Assembly (NCBI GenBank): GCA_965200895.1
Contig: CBDAVM010000002.1
Coordinates: forward strand, 542,315-606,314
Direction of reading: 5' to 3'
Length of the DNA stretch: 64,000 bases
Source: Vicinamibacterales bacterium
Lineage (GTDB): Bacteria; Acidobacteriota; Vicinamibacteria; Vicinamibacterales; UBA8438
Each line of letters starts with the position of its first letter. The stretch's first letter is position 1. This document shows, one piece after another, positions 9,344 through 20,715 of this stretch. Position numbers and translations under genes: made by a program. The notes under the pieces are model-generated. The model was not told the DNA's origin. It ran no database searches and worked only from the letters and a program-made list of their open reading frames with translations.

Positions 9344-10609
9344 ATGTCCCGACCCGAGCGCAGCGAGATCGTCGAAGCGGAAGGCCACCTGGTCGATTCG
9401 CACCTGCTGAACGCCATCTTCGACAAGGTGATCGAGCGCCGGGCGCGCTTCGACGTCCTGCGATTCGAAATCGGCCGGACCAACGACGAGTACTCGCATC
9501 TGAAGTTGAAGGTGACGGCCCCGGACGAGACTGTCCTGGCGGAGCTGCTCGAAGACCTGATGCCGCTCGGCTGTCATCCGACCCCCGAGCGTGACGCGGT
9601 CCTCAGGCCCTCCGAGCAGGACGGGTGCGTACCCGACGACTTCTATTCCACAACGAACCATCGCACCTACGTGCGGCACGGCGGACGGTGGTTGGAGGCC
9701 GAACGCCAGCGCATGGATGCGGTGATCGTGATCGAGGACGGTCGGGCAGTGTGCCGCAAGCTGCGCGACGTGGCGGTGGGCGACGCAGTCGTCTGCGGCG
9801 TCGGCGGCATTCGGGTCTCTCCCGAGTTTCGGGAACGCGACCGGCTGGGATTCGCATTCATGGTGAACGACGTGTCCACCGAGCGTCGCGTCGAGGTCAG
9901 CGTGGCCCGGGTCCTGGCGATGATGCAGGACGTGAAGCGCGAGGGCGGGCGCATCGCCTTCGTTGCCGGTCCGGTTGTGGTCCACAGCGGCGGCGCAGCG
10001 TATTTCTGTGACCTCATCCGCCGCGGATTCGTCGATGTGCTGCTGGCCGGCAATGCGCTCGCGGTGCACGACGCCGAGCACGCGCTGTTCGGCACGTCGC
10101 TCGGCATCGACCTCGACGCCGGCACCGCGGTGGAGGAGGGGCACCGCAACCACATGCGCGCGATCAACGCGATCAACCGCGCCGGCGGCCTGCGTGCGGC
10201 GGTCGGTCAGGGGTTCCTCCGGTCGGGCATCATGTACGAGGCGATCCGGCACGATGTCGACTACGTGCTCGCCGGCAGCATTCGCGACGACGGGCCGTTG
10301 CAGGACACCATCATGGATCTCGTCGAGGCGCAGGACCGCTACACGGCTGCGCTGGTTGACGTGAGCATGGTCGTCATGCTGTCGACGATGCTGCACAGCA
10401 TCGGGGTCGGCAACATGCTGCCGTCACATGTCCGGGTCGTGTGCGTCGACATCAACCCCGCCGTCGTCACCAAGCTGGCGGACCGCGGCTCGTCGCAGAC
10501 CGCCGGTATCGTGACCGATGTCGGCCTGTTCCTGCACCAATTGACAGCGCAGCTCGATGCTGCGTCGGGTGCAGCGCAGACGGCGCTGGCGGACGGGGCG
10601 CAGCGGTGA
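9344..10609 (+). CDS. TIGR00300 / LOR-SDH-domain protein (ArgZ/AgrE C-terminal, ornithine-cyclodeaminase-like)
   Basis: EGHLVDS, PDDFYSTTNH, RMDAVI, LAGNALAVHD, LAGSIRDDGPL, LHSIGVGN and VDINPAVVTKLADRGS motifs. Confidence 0.8.
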   Translation: MSRPERSEIVEAEGHLVDSHLLNAIFDKVIERRARFDVLRFEIGRTNDEYSHLKLKVTAPDETVLAELLEDLMPLGCHPTPERDAVLRPSEQDGCVPDDFYSTTNHRTYVRHGGRWLEAERQRMDAVIVIEDGRAVCRKLRDVAVGDAVVCGVGGIRVSPEFRERDRLGFAFMVNDVSTERRVEVSVARVLAMMQDVKREGGRIAFVAGPVVVHSGGAAYFCDLIRRGFVDVLLAGNALAVHDAEHALFGTSLGIDLDAGTAVEEGHRNHMRAINAINRAGGLRAAVGQGFLRSGIMYEAIRHDVDYVLAGSIRDDGPLQDTIMDLVEAQDRYTAALVDVSMVVMLSTMLHSIGVGNMLPSHVRVVCVDINPAVVTKLADRGSSQTAGIVTDVGLFLHQLTAQLDAASGAAQTALADGAQR

Positions 10610-11874
10610 CGGTTCCGGCAGCCGCGCCACCGGTCATCGTCCAGAAGTACGGCGGCACCTCGGTCGCCACCGCGAAGCGGATTCGCGCGATCGCCGAGCG
10701 GGTGGCCCTGGCCCGTCGCCACAGTCCGCGACTGGTCGTCGTGCTCTCGGCCATGGGAAGGACGACCGATGATCTGGTGGCGCTGGCCCATGCGGTGTCC
10801 GACAATCCGGGCGGTCGCGAGATGGACCTGCTGTTGGCGACCGGCGAGCAGGTATCCGTCTCGCTGCTCGGCTTGGCGCTGCAGTACCAGGGCGTCCCCG
10901 CGATCTCGCTGACCGCCTCGCAGTGCGGGATTCGGACCGACGACGCGTTCAATATCGCCCGCATCGAATCGATCGAGACGCGGCGGATCCTGTCCGAGCT
11001 GGATCAGGGACGGGTGGTGATCATCACCGGCTTCCAGGGCATCACCCGGGACCACGAGGTGACGACGCTGGGCCGCGGGGGCAGCGACATCACCGGTGCG
11101 GCCGTGGCGGCCGCGCTCGGAGCGAGTGTCTGCGAGATCTGTACGGATGTCGACGGCGTGCTCTCGGCCGACCCGCGCGCCGTGCCGCACGCGACGCAGT
11201 GGCGCGAAATCAGCTATGAGGAAGCCATCGAGATGGCGTCGAGCGGCGCCAAGGTCCTGCACCCCCGGGCGGCCGAGGTGTGCATGGCGTACCGGATCCC
11301 GATCCACGTGCGCTCGAGCTTCCACGACGGCGAGGGCACGTGGATCCGTGGAGGCGACGAGATGGTGATGGAGCAGGCGGCGGTGGTCGGGGTCAGCAGC
11401 GACAGGAAGATTGCCAAGGTCACCCTGATCGACGTGCCGGACCGACCGGGGCTCGCCGCGGAGATCTTTCGCGACCTGGCGGCGCAGTCCATCAGCGTAC
11501 GGCTCATCATTCAGGGCGCGACCACCCGGGGCCTGGGGCGCATCACCTTCGTGCTCGACGACGAGTTCGTCGAGCGCGCGATGCGGCTCGTCGAAGACTG
11601 GAAGTCGCGTGGACTGGCCACGGCGGGAGCTGTCGACCGCGATGTCGCCAAGATTTCCATCGTCGGGTCGCGGCTGGCGTCGACTCCCGGCCTGGCCGCC
11701 CGCATGTTCGCGGTCCTGGCGCGCGAGGGCATCAACATCGACTGCATCAGCTCCTCGGAGATGAAGATCGCCTGCGTCATCGCCGACACGCACCTGGAAG
11801 AGGCGGTGCGCGCCGTTCACGACGAGTTCTTCCCGGAGGGTGCGGCCCCGCAGTCCGAGCGTGCGCCCTCGTGA
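10606..11874 (+). CDS. lysC: Aspartate kinase
   Basis: VQKYGGTSV, SAMGRTTD, TLGRGGSD, TDVDGV, GAKVLH and two ACT domains; GTG start overlaps the upstream stop. Confidence 0.93.
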   Translation: MTVPAAAPPVIVQKYGGTSVATAKRIRAIAERVALARRHSPRLVVVLSAMGRTTDDLVALAHAVSDNPGGREMDLLLATGEQVSVSLLGLALQYQGVPAISLTASQCGIRTDDAFNIARIESIETRRILSELDQGRVVIITGFQGITRDHEVTTLGRGGSDITGAAVAAALGASVCEICTDVDGVLSADPRAVPHATQWREISYEEAIEMASSGAKVLHPRAAEVCMAYRIPIHVRSSFHDGEGTWIRGGDEMVMEQAAVVGVSSDRKIAKVTLIDVPDRPGLAAEIFRDLAAQSISVRLIIQGATTRGLGRITFVLDDEFVERAMRLVEDWKSRGLATAGAVDRDVAKISIVGSRLASTPGLAARMFAVLAREGINIDCISSSEMKIACVIADTHLEEAVRAVHDEFFPEGAAPQSERAPS

Positions 11875-11956
11875 GCGCTCGTTCGCGACCCCTCCGTCGT
11901 CGCGCGCTCGCCCGGGGCGACAGCCCACCAGAGTTCCCGGGGAGTCTGCGCCGTTT

Positions 11957-12289
11957 CTACGGTCCGGATTCCGCGGCGTCGTCGATGGTCAGGACGACGA
12001 CGCCGTCGGCCACGGCAACCGGGTATACCGTCAGCCCGCGGTAGGCAGGCGGGCCGAGACCCTTGCCGTCGCACAGCCGAAACCGAGCCCCGTGCCAGGC
12101 GCAGGTGACGATCCCGTTCTCGCACGGTCCCTCGAACAGCGAGCCGCCCGCGTGCGTGCACGCGTCGTCGACCGCGTGCAATGTGCCGCGGTCGTTGAAC
12201 ACGGCTATGCGCCGGTCGCCGGCGAAGATCTTCTTCCGCGCTCCCGGACCGAAGCTCTCGGCTCTGGCCACGGTCACCACGCGCGCCAT
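11957..12289 (-). CDS. Rieske [2Fe-2S] ferredoxin
   Basis: CTH...CAWH Rieske motif; about 110 aa from ATG 12289. Confidence 0.85.
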   Translation of the reverse strand: MARVVTVARAESFGPGARKKIFAGDRRIAVFNDRGTLHAVDDACTHAGGSLFEGPCENGIVTCAWHGARFRLCDGKGLGPPAYRGLTVYPVAVADGVVVLTIDDAAESGP

Positions 12290-12392
12290 GCGGCAATCGT
12301 ATACCACGCGCCTGCGATCGGGGCCGTTGTGTGTGTTGTGTGTTGATCCGTCTTCCGGTACCATAGGCCGCCTCTGAGGAGGAACGCCCTCG

Positions 12393-14153
12393 ATGCTGAC
12401 GATTCTCTCGCTGTTGCCGATCATCACCGTCGCCGTCTTTCTCGTCGGGCTCCGGTGGCCGGCGAGCCGGGCGATGCCGTTGTCCTATCTGGTGGCCGTC
12501 GCGCTCGCCCTGCTGGTCTGGCAGGTGCCCGGTCTGCAGGTGGCCGCGGCCACGGTCAACGGCCTGGTGATCGCGTTCACCCTGCTGTACATCATCTTCG
12601 GGGCCATCCTGCTGCTCAACACGCTGCAGGAGAGCGGGGCCATCCGGACCATCCGGCAGGGATTCACGGGCATCACGTCGGATCGCCGCGTGCAGGTGAT
12701 CATCATCGCCTGGCTGTTCGGCGCCTTCATCGAGGGGTCGGCCGGGTTCGGGACCCCGGCCGCGGTCGCGGTGCCGCTGCTCGTCGGTCTCGGGTTCCCC
12801 GGCATGGCCGCCGTCACCGCGGGGATGATCATCCAGAGCACGCCGGTCAGCTTCGGGGCCCTCGGCACGCCGATCATGGTCGGCGTCAACACCGGCCTCG
12901 GGCAGGGGGCCAACCCGGAGATCGTCGCCTTCGCCGCCGAGGCGGGCTACGCGGAATGGACGGACTTCCTGGCGTTGATCGGCCTGAAGGTGGCCATCCT
13001 GCACGCCATCGCGGGGACGCTGATCCCGTTGATCCTGGTCTCGTTCATGACGCGCTTCTTCGGCCGGAGCCGGTCGCTGGCCGAGGGCCTGCAGATCTGG
13101 CCGTTCGCGATCTTCGCGGCACTGGCGATGACCGTGCCCTACTTTGCGGCCGCCTGGTTCCTGGGGCCGGAGTTTCCGGCCCTGGTCGGCAGCGTGGTCG
13201 GACTGGTCATCGTTGTGAGCGCGGCGCGCGCCGGCTTCCTCATCCCGAAACCCGACGAGGCGTGGGACTTCGACGGCAGGGAGAACTGGCCGGCGGAGTG
13301 GACGGGATCGGTCGAGGTGCAGGACGTGGCGCACGACGGCTCGATGCGCCTGTGGAAGGCTTGGCTGCCGTACGGCGTCGTCGCCGGGCTGCTGCTGTCG
13401 TCGCGGCTCGTCCCCGAGTTCCGCGCCTTCCTCACCGGCTGGGTCGTGAGCTGGCCGGAGATATTCGGCACGTCGATCACGGCGAGTTTCCAGCCGCTCT
13501 TCCTGCCGGGCACGCTCTTCATCGTCACCTCGCTCATCACCCTGGGGTTGCACCGGATTCCGGGCGCCCGCTATGCGAAGGCGTGGTCCACGTCGCTCAA
13601 GGTGTCGGCGTCGGCCTCGGTGGCCCTCGTCTTCACCGTGCCGATGGTGCAGGTCTTCCTGAACAGCGGCGGTGGCGGGGCCGGCTACGAGCAGATGCCG
13701 ATCGTGCTCGCCGACGGCGTGGCGGCGCTCGTCGGCGGCGTCTGGCCGATCTTCGCGCCGTTCATCGGCGGCATCGGCGCGGCGGTGGCCGGCAGCAACA
13801 CGGTCAGCAACATGATGTTCTCGCTGTTCCAGTTCGGGATGGGCGAGCGGATCGGCGTGGATCCGACCTGGATCGTGGCCCTGCAGGCCATCGGCGGCGC
13901 CGCCGGCAACATGATCTGCGTTCACAACGTCGTCGCGGCCTCGGCCGTCGTCGGCCTGCTCGGGCGCGAGGGCTCGGTCATCCGCATGACCGCTATCCCG
14001 TTCGTCTACTACGCGCTGCTGCCGGGAGCGGTCGGCTACCTCGTGGTGTCGAGCGGCCTGCTCAACGTCGGGACCCTGATCGTCGCCCTCATCGCTGCGG
14101 GCGCGGTGTACATGATCCGGCGGCACGGCGGCCGGCCGGCCACGGCGGCCTGA
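12393..14153 (+). CDS. lctP: L-lactate permease
   Basis: [43 protein letters not shown] and GGAAGNMI motifs; RBS GAGGAGG upstream. Confidence 0.9.
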   Translation: MLTILSLLPIITVAVFLVGLRWPASRAMPLSYLVAVALALLVWQVPGLQVAAATVNGLVIAFTLLYIIFGAILLLNTLQESGAIRTIRQGFTGITSDRRVQVIIIAWLFGAFIEGSAGFGTPAAVAVPLLVGLGFPGMAAVTAGMIIQSTPVSFGALGTPIMVGVNTGLGQGANPEIVAFAAEAGYAEWTDFLALIGLKVAILHAIAGTLIPLILVSFMTRFFGRSRSLAEGLQIWPFAIFAALAMTVPYFAAAWFLGPEFPALVGSVVGLVIVVSAARAGFLIPKPDEAWDFDGRENWPAEWTGSVEVQDVAHDGSMRLWKAWLPYGVVAGLLLSSRLVPEFRAFLTGWVVSWPEIFGTSITASFQPLFLPGTLFIVTSLITLGLHRIPGARYAKAWSTSLKVSASASVALVFTVPMVQVFLNSGGGGAGYEQMPIVLADGVAALVGGVWPIFAPFIGGIGAAVAGSNTVSNMMFSLFQFGMGERIGVDPTWIVALQAIGGAAGNMICVHNVVAASAVVGLLGREGSVIRMTAIPFVYYALLPGAVGYLVVSSGLLNVGTLIVALIAAGAVYMIRRHGGRPATAA

Positions 14154-14160
14154 GCGACCC

Positions 14161-14553
14161 ATGCGGATTGCCCGACTCGCGGCGCTGGCGTCCGAGAAGT
14201 CCGATCCGGACACCTTCACCGGGCAGGCGCGGATGACGCGTCTGCCCGGCCTGTCGGACGATCCGGCGATCAAGGCCTTCCGGGTCGAGTTTCAGCCCGC
14301 CGCCCGCACGCACTGGCATACGCACAGCGGGCCGCAGGTCCTCGTGGTGCTCGACGGCCGCTGCCGGCTGCAGCAGGAAGGGGAGCCGGTGCGCGAGATC
14401 GCGGCCGGCGACGTGGCCTGCATCGCGCCCGGCGAACGGCACTGGCACGGCGCCGCGGCGGACGGTCCGATGACCCATCTGGCCGTGAACATCGCGTCGA
14501 CGACGACCTGGCTCGAAGCCGTGACCGACGCCGAGTACGCCGGCGGCGGGTGA
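14161..14553 (+). CDS. Cupin domain protein
   Basis: RTHWHTH...Q and GERHWHGA..PMTHLA cupin motifs. Confidence 0.85.
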   Translation: MRIARLAALASEKSDPDTFTGQARMTRLPGLSDDPAIKAFRVEFQPAARTHWHTHSGPQVLVVLDGRCRLQQEGEPVREIAAGDVACIAPGERHWHGAAADGPMTHLAVNIASTTTWLEAVTDAEYAGGG

Positions 14554-14570
14554 GGACGGTCCGCGGGTTG

Positions 14571-16376
14571 TCACCACCCACACGAGCGACCGGCGTTCTG
14601 TTCGTCCATCCAGGCCACAAGCGGCGCGAAGTACTCCAGCAGGGCCGAGGCGTCGATCCGTCGTGAACCGGTGACCGCCTCGAGCGCGACCGGCCAGGGG
14701 GCGCTGGCTCCCGTCTCCATCATGGTTCGCAGCCTCGCACCCGCCTCGGCACTGCCGAAGATCGAGCATCGATGGAGCGGGCCGTCGTCGCCGGCCGCGG
14801 CGCACAGCGCGCCGTGGAACTGGTACTGGAGGATGCGGGCCAGGAAGTCCGGGACGTACGGCTCGTTGGCCGGGATGCGTTGGGCTGCGCCGGGATCGAA
14901 GTCGGTCTCGCTCCGCGGCAGCGGAGCCCGGACCCCCTGGTACGCCTCGCGCAGCGTCCACCACGCGCGGTTGTAACGGTCCGGGCCCACTTCGCCTGAG
15001 AAAACCTGCCAGCGCCAGCGGTCCGCCACCAGTGCGAACGCGAGGGCGGGAATCTCGCCGAGCGCCCTGCGGAGGAGGAAAGGAACGTCGTGGGCGGCGG
15101 CCGGGGCCCGATCCAGCAGATCCAGCTCGACCAGATACGCGGGCGTGACCGCCAGCGCCACCGCGTCGCCGATCGCCGCCGGAAAGAAGTCGTTCGCGCC
15201 GGTTCGGAACAGCAGGTCCTGTGACCGGTACGCCCGCTCGTAGTAGGTCCGCGTCAGCACGCGATGAACCGCGGCGAAGTCGGCGCCGGAGACCTCCAGA
15301 CACATCGTGACGCGGAGATCGTCCCCGCCATCGAGGTTCCAGACGCGCGGTCGGCAGGGGACCTCACTATCGGCCGCCCGCACGAAGCGGGATCGTTCCC
15401 GGAAGGTGGCCGGCAACGGCTCGAAGCCGAGCGAGCGGAAGAAGCGCTCGCCGTAGTGCACCATGTCGGTCGGGTCTACCCGGTTGCGCTCGATCTGGCG
15501 GGTCGGATCGTATCCGCGGCCGCGAGGGCGCGGGGCGGTCAGGTCGTAGACGCTGGACCAGCTTCCGTCGCCCAGGTCGCCGAGCAGGTGAGCGGGGATG
15601 GCCTCCCCGGGCGGCGCGATCGCGGTGCCGTACTCGTCGCCGAGCTCGCGGCGCACCAGACAGTGCAGCGACTCGACGAGCGGCCGTACCTGGCCCCAGA
15701 GTCTGTTCAGCTCCGCCCGAAAGGCGTCCGGGGGCAGACCGTACGCGGAACGCCAGCGCTCGCCGGCGTCCGCATGGCCGAGCTCGACGGCTCCGGCGTT
15801 CGCGATCTCGACCAGACGCGCGTAGCGAGATCGCATCGACGATGCCAGAGCGCGGCCTTCGGTCCACAGCTCGAGCAACGGATCGGTGTCGCGCAGTTCG
15901 GCGACGGTTCGTTCCAGAGCGGTCCGATCCACGCAGTCCTCACCGGCGCCGACGCAATAGGCGCCGGCGCCGTACGTACGCTCGAGCGCCGCCACGAGGG
16001 AAGCCATCTCGTTACCCAGCGGGGGACGATGCGGTGCGATGGTTGTCGGCGCCGTTTTCAGGAGCGTGAGCTTGCGGGCCGTCATTTCCGGCAGATCGAG
16101 TCCGTCGAACCGCGCGGCGCCGCGGGCGAGCTCGGCCTTCGCAGAGGTCAGTGCGCGGTCTGCCGCCGTTGCCGCCGTGACAGTCTCGGTGTCGCCGAGC
16201 GTCTCGCGCAACCAGGCGGTGCGTACCGCTTCCCGCCGCAGCGCACCCAGGCGAGCTTCGGCGGCGGTGACGAAGGCGTCCGCTTCCGTCGCCGTCGGGC
16301 CCGGCGCCTCCTGCGCGCAACCGGCCATCGCCGTCGCCAGCAGGCTCGCGAACAGCGCCGCCCGCAGTCTGGTCAC
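14571..16376 (-). CDS. M2 (ACE-like peptidyl-dipeptidase) family lipoprotein with degenerate zinc site
   Basis: IPAHLLG, DLRVTMC, DRWRWQVFSG, YNRAWW, DFDPGA and ILQYQFH..LC motifs; lipobox AMAG-C. HHELGH is replaced by HRVLTR. Start could be 16376 (GTG) or 16445. Confidence 0.8.
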   Translation of the reverse strand: MTRLRAALFASLLATAMAGCAQEAPGPTATEADAFVTAAEARLGALRREAVRTAWLRETLGDTETVTAATAADRALTSAKAELARGAARFDGLDLPEMTARKLTLLKTAPTTIAPHRPPLGNEMASLVAALERTYGAGAYCVGAGEDCVDRTALERTVAELRDTDPLLELWTEGRALASSMRSRYARLVEIANAGAVELGHADAGERWRSAYGLPPDAFRAELNRLWGQVRPLVESLHCLVRRELGDEYGTAIAPPGEAIPAHLLGDLGDGSWSSVYDLTAPRPRGRGYDPTRQIERNRVDPTDMVHYGERFFRSLGFEPLPATFRERSRFVRAADSEVPCRPRVWNLDGGDDLRVTMCLEVSGADFAAVHRVLTRTYYERAYRSQDLLFRTGANDFFPAAIGDAVALAVTPAYLVELDLLDRAPAAAHDVPFLLRRALGEIPALAFALVADRWRWQVFSGEVGPDRYNRAWWTLREAYQGVRAPLPRSETDFDPGAAQRIPANEPYVPDFLARILQYQFHGALCAAAGDDGPLHRCSIFGSAEAGARLRTMMETGASAPWPVALEAVTGSRRIDASALLEYFAPLVAWMDEQNAGRSCGW

Positions 16377-16422
16377 CGCCGCACCCGGGCGTTCCGCATG
16401 GAAGCCATGAGAACCTCGACGA

Positions 16423-18222
<1,800 letters not shown>

Positions 18223-18260
18223 TCAGGAGATCGACCCTGCGACGGCCGTTGTCCAGCGGA

Positions 18261-18276
18261 TGGCGTGCATCTTGCT
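18261..18276 (+). promoter_or_regulatory. Sigma54 (-24/-12) promoter upstream of comEA
   Basis: TGGCGTGCATCTTGCT has exact GG-N10-GC spacing; it lies about 140 nt before the comEA ATG, with a sigma54 activator in the same cluster. Confidence 0.65.
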
Positions 18277-18414
18277 GTGGTGAGAAGCGGTCCCGCCGAG
18301 GGAGGTCGGCCGATTCGATGCCTTCATCTCGTGGGTGCTGTTCCGGGCGGAACCCGGCGCGGGCCTGGTACGGACGGCCGCCGTCCGGCAGCACCCGGTA
18401 CCGGGAGGTTGATC

Positions 18415-18744
18415 ATGCAACGCGCGTTCGTACTCACGTTGGTGTGCGTCGGATTCCTCGTCATGACATTCCACGGTCATGCGCTGGCCGGGCCCGGCGT
18501 TCGCCTGCTCCAGAGCGCGGAGCCGGAGCAGCGGGAAACGGTGGAACTGAACACGGCGACGGCGGCCGAGCTGCGGACTCTGCCCCGGATTGGCGAGCGG
18601 ACGGCCCAACGCATCATCGAGTACCGGGAGGAGCATGGCGGGTTCGAGAAGATCGAGGATCTGATGAACGTTCGCGGGATCGGCGAGAGGACCTTCCTGC
18701 GCCTGCGGCCGCTCATTCGTGTCGACGAACCCGCGAACCGGTAG
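18415..18744 (+). CDS. comEA: ComEA-family helix-hairpin-helix DNA-binding protein with signal peptide
   Basis: VELNTATAAELRTLPRIGERTAQRIIEYR...EDLMNVRGIG; RBS GGAGG before ATG 18415. Confidence 0.88.
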   Translation: MQRAFVLTLVCVGFLVMTFHGHALAGPGVRLLQSAEPEQRETVELNTATAAELRTLPRIGERTAQRIIEYREEHGGFEKIEDLMNVRGIGERTFLRLRPLIRVDEPANR

Positions 18745-18803
18745 TCCGGGGTGGCAGGGCTCCGCCGTCGGGGCCTTGCCACGCCATTCCAGAGGAGACA
18801 ACC

Positions 18804-19397
18804 GTGTTCCACGACCACGAGCGTGGCGCCACACTCGTCGAGACGGTGATCGCCACCGGTATCGTCGTCGTTGTGATTGGCATCTCGGCGCCGCTGGTGA
18901 CCACAGGCCGGCACGAGCAGCAGGTCATCGACGCTGCCCGGTACCTCGGAGGGCGGATCATGCTCGCTCGCGCCGGCGCCGCCCGGCGGGGCGCAGCGGT
19001 CGGCATACGGTTCACCACCGACACGAACGGCGTCGGCTTCCGGAGCTACGTGGACTCGAACGGCAACGGCGTGCGGACGGCCGACATCACCCGCGGGGTC
19101 GACCCGCCGATTGACGACACGACCCGTCTCGGCGATCACTTCAGCGGCGTACGTTTCGAACTCAGTCCCGCCGCGCCGGTGATCGGGCGCACGAGACCGG
19201 CCGGGAGCGGGGCCGACCCGATCCGTCTCGGCGCCAGTGACATCCTGAGCGTGACGCCGCTCGGTACGGCGACCTCCGGCACGCTGTATCTGAGAAGCCG
19301 GGAGGGACATCAGGTCGCCGTGCGCATCCTCGGCGCCACGGCTCGCGTCCGCATCCTCCAGTTCGATTTCCACGCGCGAAGGTGGCGCACACGGTGA
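18804..19397 (+). CDS. Prepilin-type minor pilin (FimT/GspH-like)
   Basis: RG|ATLVET prepilin motif, hydrophobic helix, D-x-N-G-N-G loop and TPLGTATSGTLYL; RBS GAGGAG before GTG 18804. Confidence 0.75.
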   Translation: MFHDHERGATLVETVIATGIVVVVIGISAPLVTTGRHEQQVIDAARYLGGRIMLARAGAARRGAAVGIRFTTDTNGVGFRSYVDSNGNGVRTADITRGVDPPIDDTTRLGDHFSGVRFELSPAAPVIGRTRPAGSGADPIRLGASDILSVTPLGTATSGTLYLRSREGHQVAVRILGATARVRILQFDFHARRWRTR

Positions 19398-19535
19398 TTG
19401 CGTGCAGAGTAGATGGTTCCCATCGGAGCAGCAGATCCGATTCGGCGTGAGTAGCGGCTACCCATCCGCCTCGCTCGCCGATCGGGGCGCGGGGCAACCG
19501 CGTCGAATCGCCCGCATCCGGCGCACTTCCGACTT

Positions 19536-19551
19536 TGGCATCGATGTTGAT
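19536..19551 (+). promoter_or_regulatory. Possible second sigma54 promoter (variant -12)
   Basis: TGGCATCGATGTTGAT, GG-N10-GA, about 40 nt before the activator ATG. Confidence 0.35.
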
Positions 19552-19591
19552 TGCACAAGACAGCATCGAACCTCGGGGGGACTCAGCGAGC

Positions 19592-20617
19592 ATGAAGGCA
19601 TCCGAATCACCGTCGCGGCTGATCGGTCGCGCACCGCGCATGGTCAGATTGCGAAACCAGATTGCCCGGGTGGCGACAACCGATTTCGCCGTGTTGATCG
19701 AGGGCGAGAGCGGATCGGGCAAGGAGCTGGTCGCCCGGCAGATCCATGAGCAGAGCGCGCGGCAGGGAGGTCCGTTCGTCGCCGTCAACTGCGCCGCCAT
19801 CGTCGACACGCTGGTCGAGGCGGAACTGTTCGGCATCGAGGATCGGACAGCCACGGGCGTACGGGGACGGGCCGGCAAGTTCGAGCTTGCGAACGAGGGC
19901 ACGGTCTTTCTCGACGAGGTCGCCGATCTGTCCGCGGGGGCCCAGGCCAAGCTCCTCCGCGTGGTGCAGGAGCTGGCCGTCGAACGCGTGGGATCGCACT
20001 GTACGAGGGTCCTCGACCTGCGACTGGTCGTGGCCACCAACCAGAAGTTGGACCGCATGGTCGAAGCGCAGCGCTTTCGGGCGGACCTGTTCTACCGCCT
20101 CAGCGGGGTCGAGATTCAGGTTCCGCCGCTGCGCGAACGCCGTTCCGATATCCCGTTGCTTGCGCGGCACTTTCTCCGGCAGTGTGGAGAAACACCCGAG
20201 CGCTGTCTGGCCCCGTGTGCCGTGGACGCCCTGATGGCCTACGACTGGCCGGGCAATGTGCGGGAGTTGCGCCGAGTCATCGAGCATGTGCTGGCGTTTT
20301 CCGGAGCCGGGCGCATTCGGGTTCAGGACCTGCCGGTGACGATCACCGGTGACTACGTGCGACACCTGCAACCGTCACTGTTGCGGGAGGATTCGATGCG
20401 GGCGTGGGGAAGTCGCTACGCGCGAATCGTCCTCGACCGCTGCGGCAACAACAAGCGGCAGGCCTGTCGCGTTCTGGGCATCAGCTACCACACGTTGCAG
20501 GCCTACCTGCGCTACGGCGACAGCACGACGGACCGGTCCGCACGGACGTCGGGCGGCGGCAGCGACGGGCGGCGGAAGGGGAAGCGGTTTCCGCCCGACG
20601 ACGAGGACCGCTCGTGA
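19592..20617 (+). CDS. Sigma54-interaction (bEBP) AAA+ regulator without an N-terminal sensor domain
   Basis: GESGSGKE, VNCAA, FLDEV, FRADLFYRL and WPGNVREL motifs plus a C-terminal HTH; the GAFTGA loop reads RTATGV. Confidence 0.88.
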   Translation: MKASESPSRLIGRAPRMVRLRNQIARVATTDFAVLIEGESGSGKELVARQIHEQSARQGGPFVAVNCAAIVDTLVEAELFGIEDRTATGVRGRAGKFELANEGTVFLDEVADLSAGAQAKLLRVVQELAVERVGSHCTRVLDLRLVVATNQKLDRMVEAQRFRADLFYRLSGVEIQVPPLRERRSDIPLLARHFLRQCGETPERCLAPCAVDALMAYDWPGNVRELRRVIEHVLAFSGAGRIRVQDLPVTITGDYVRHLQPSLLREDSMRAWGSRYARIVLDRCGNNKRQACRVLGISYHTLQAYLRYGDSTTDRSARTSGGGSDGRRKGKRFPPDDEDRS

Positions 20618-20715
20618 CCCGCAGCCGTTCTTGACCCTCTCCGCGATCGCGTAGTACGGTTGGAAAGTGCCGTCCCGGAGCCGGCACGTCGATTCCGGCG
20701 ATCCTCCATCATACG

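Noticed and set aside
12325-12345. GT-rich microsatellite-like run
   Set aside because: Short and imperfect; no support for phase variation.
20618-20715. Glycine riboswitch before gcvT
   Set aside because: The intergenic region is under 100 bp and shows no aptamer motifs.
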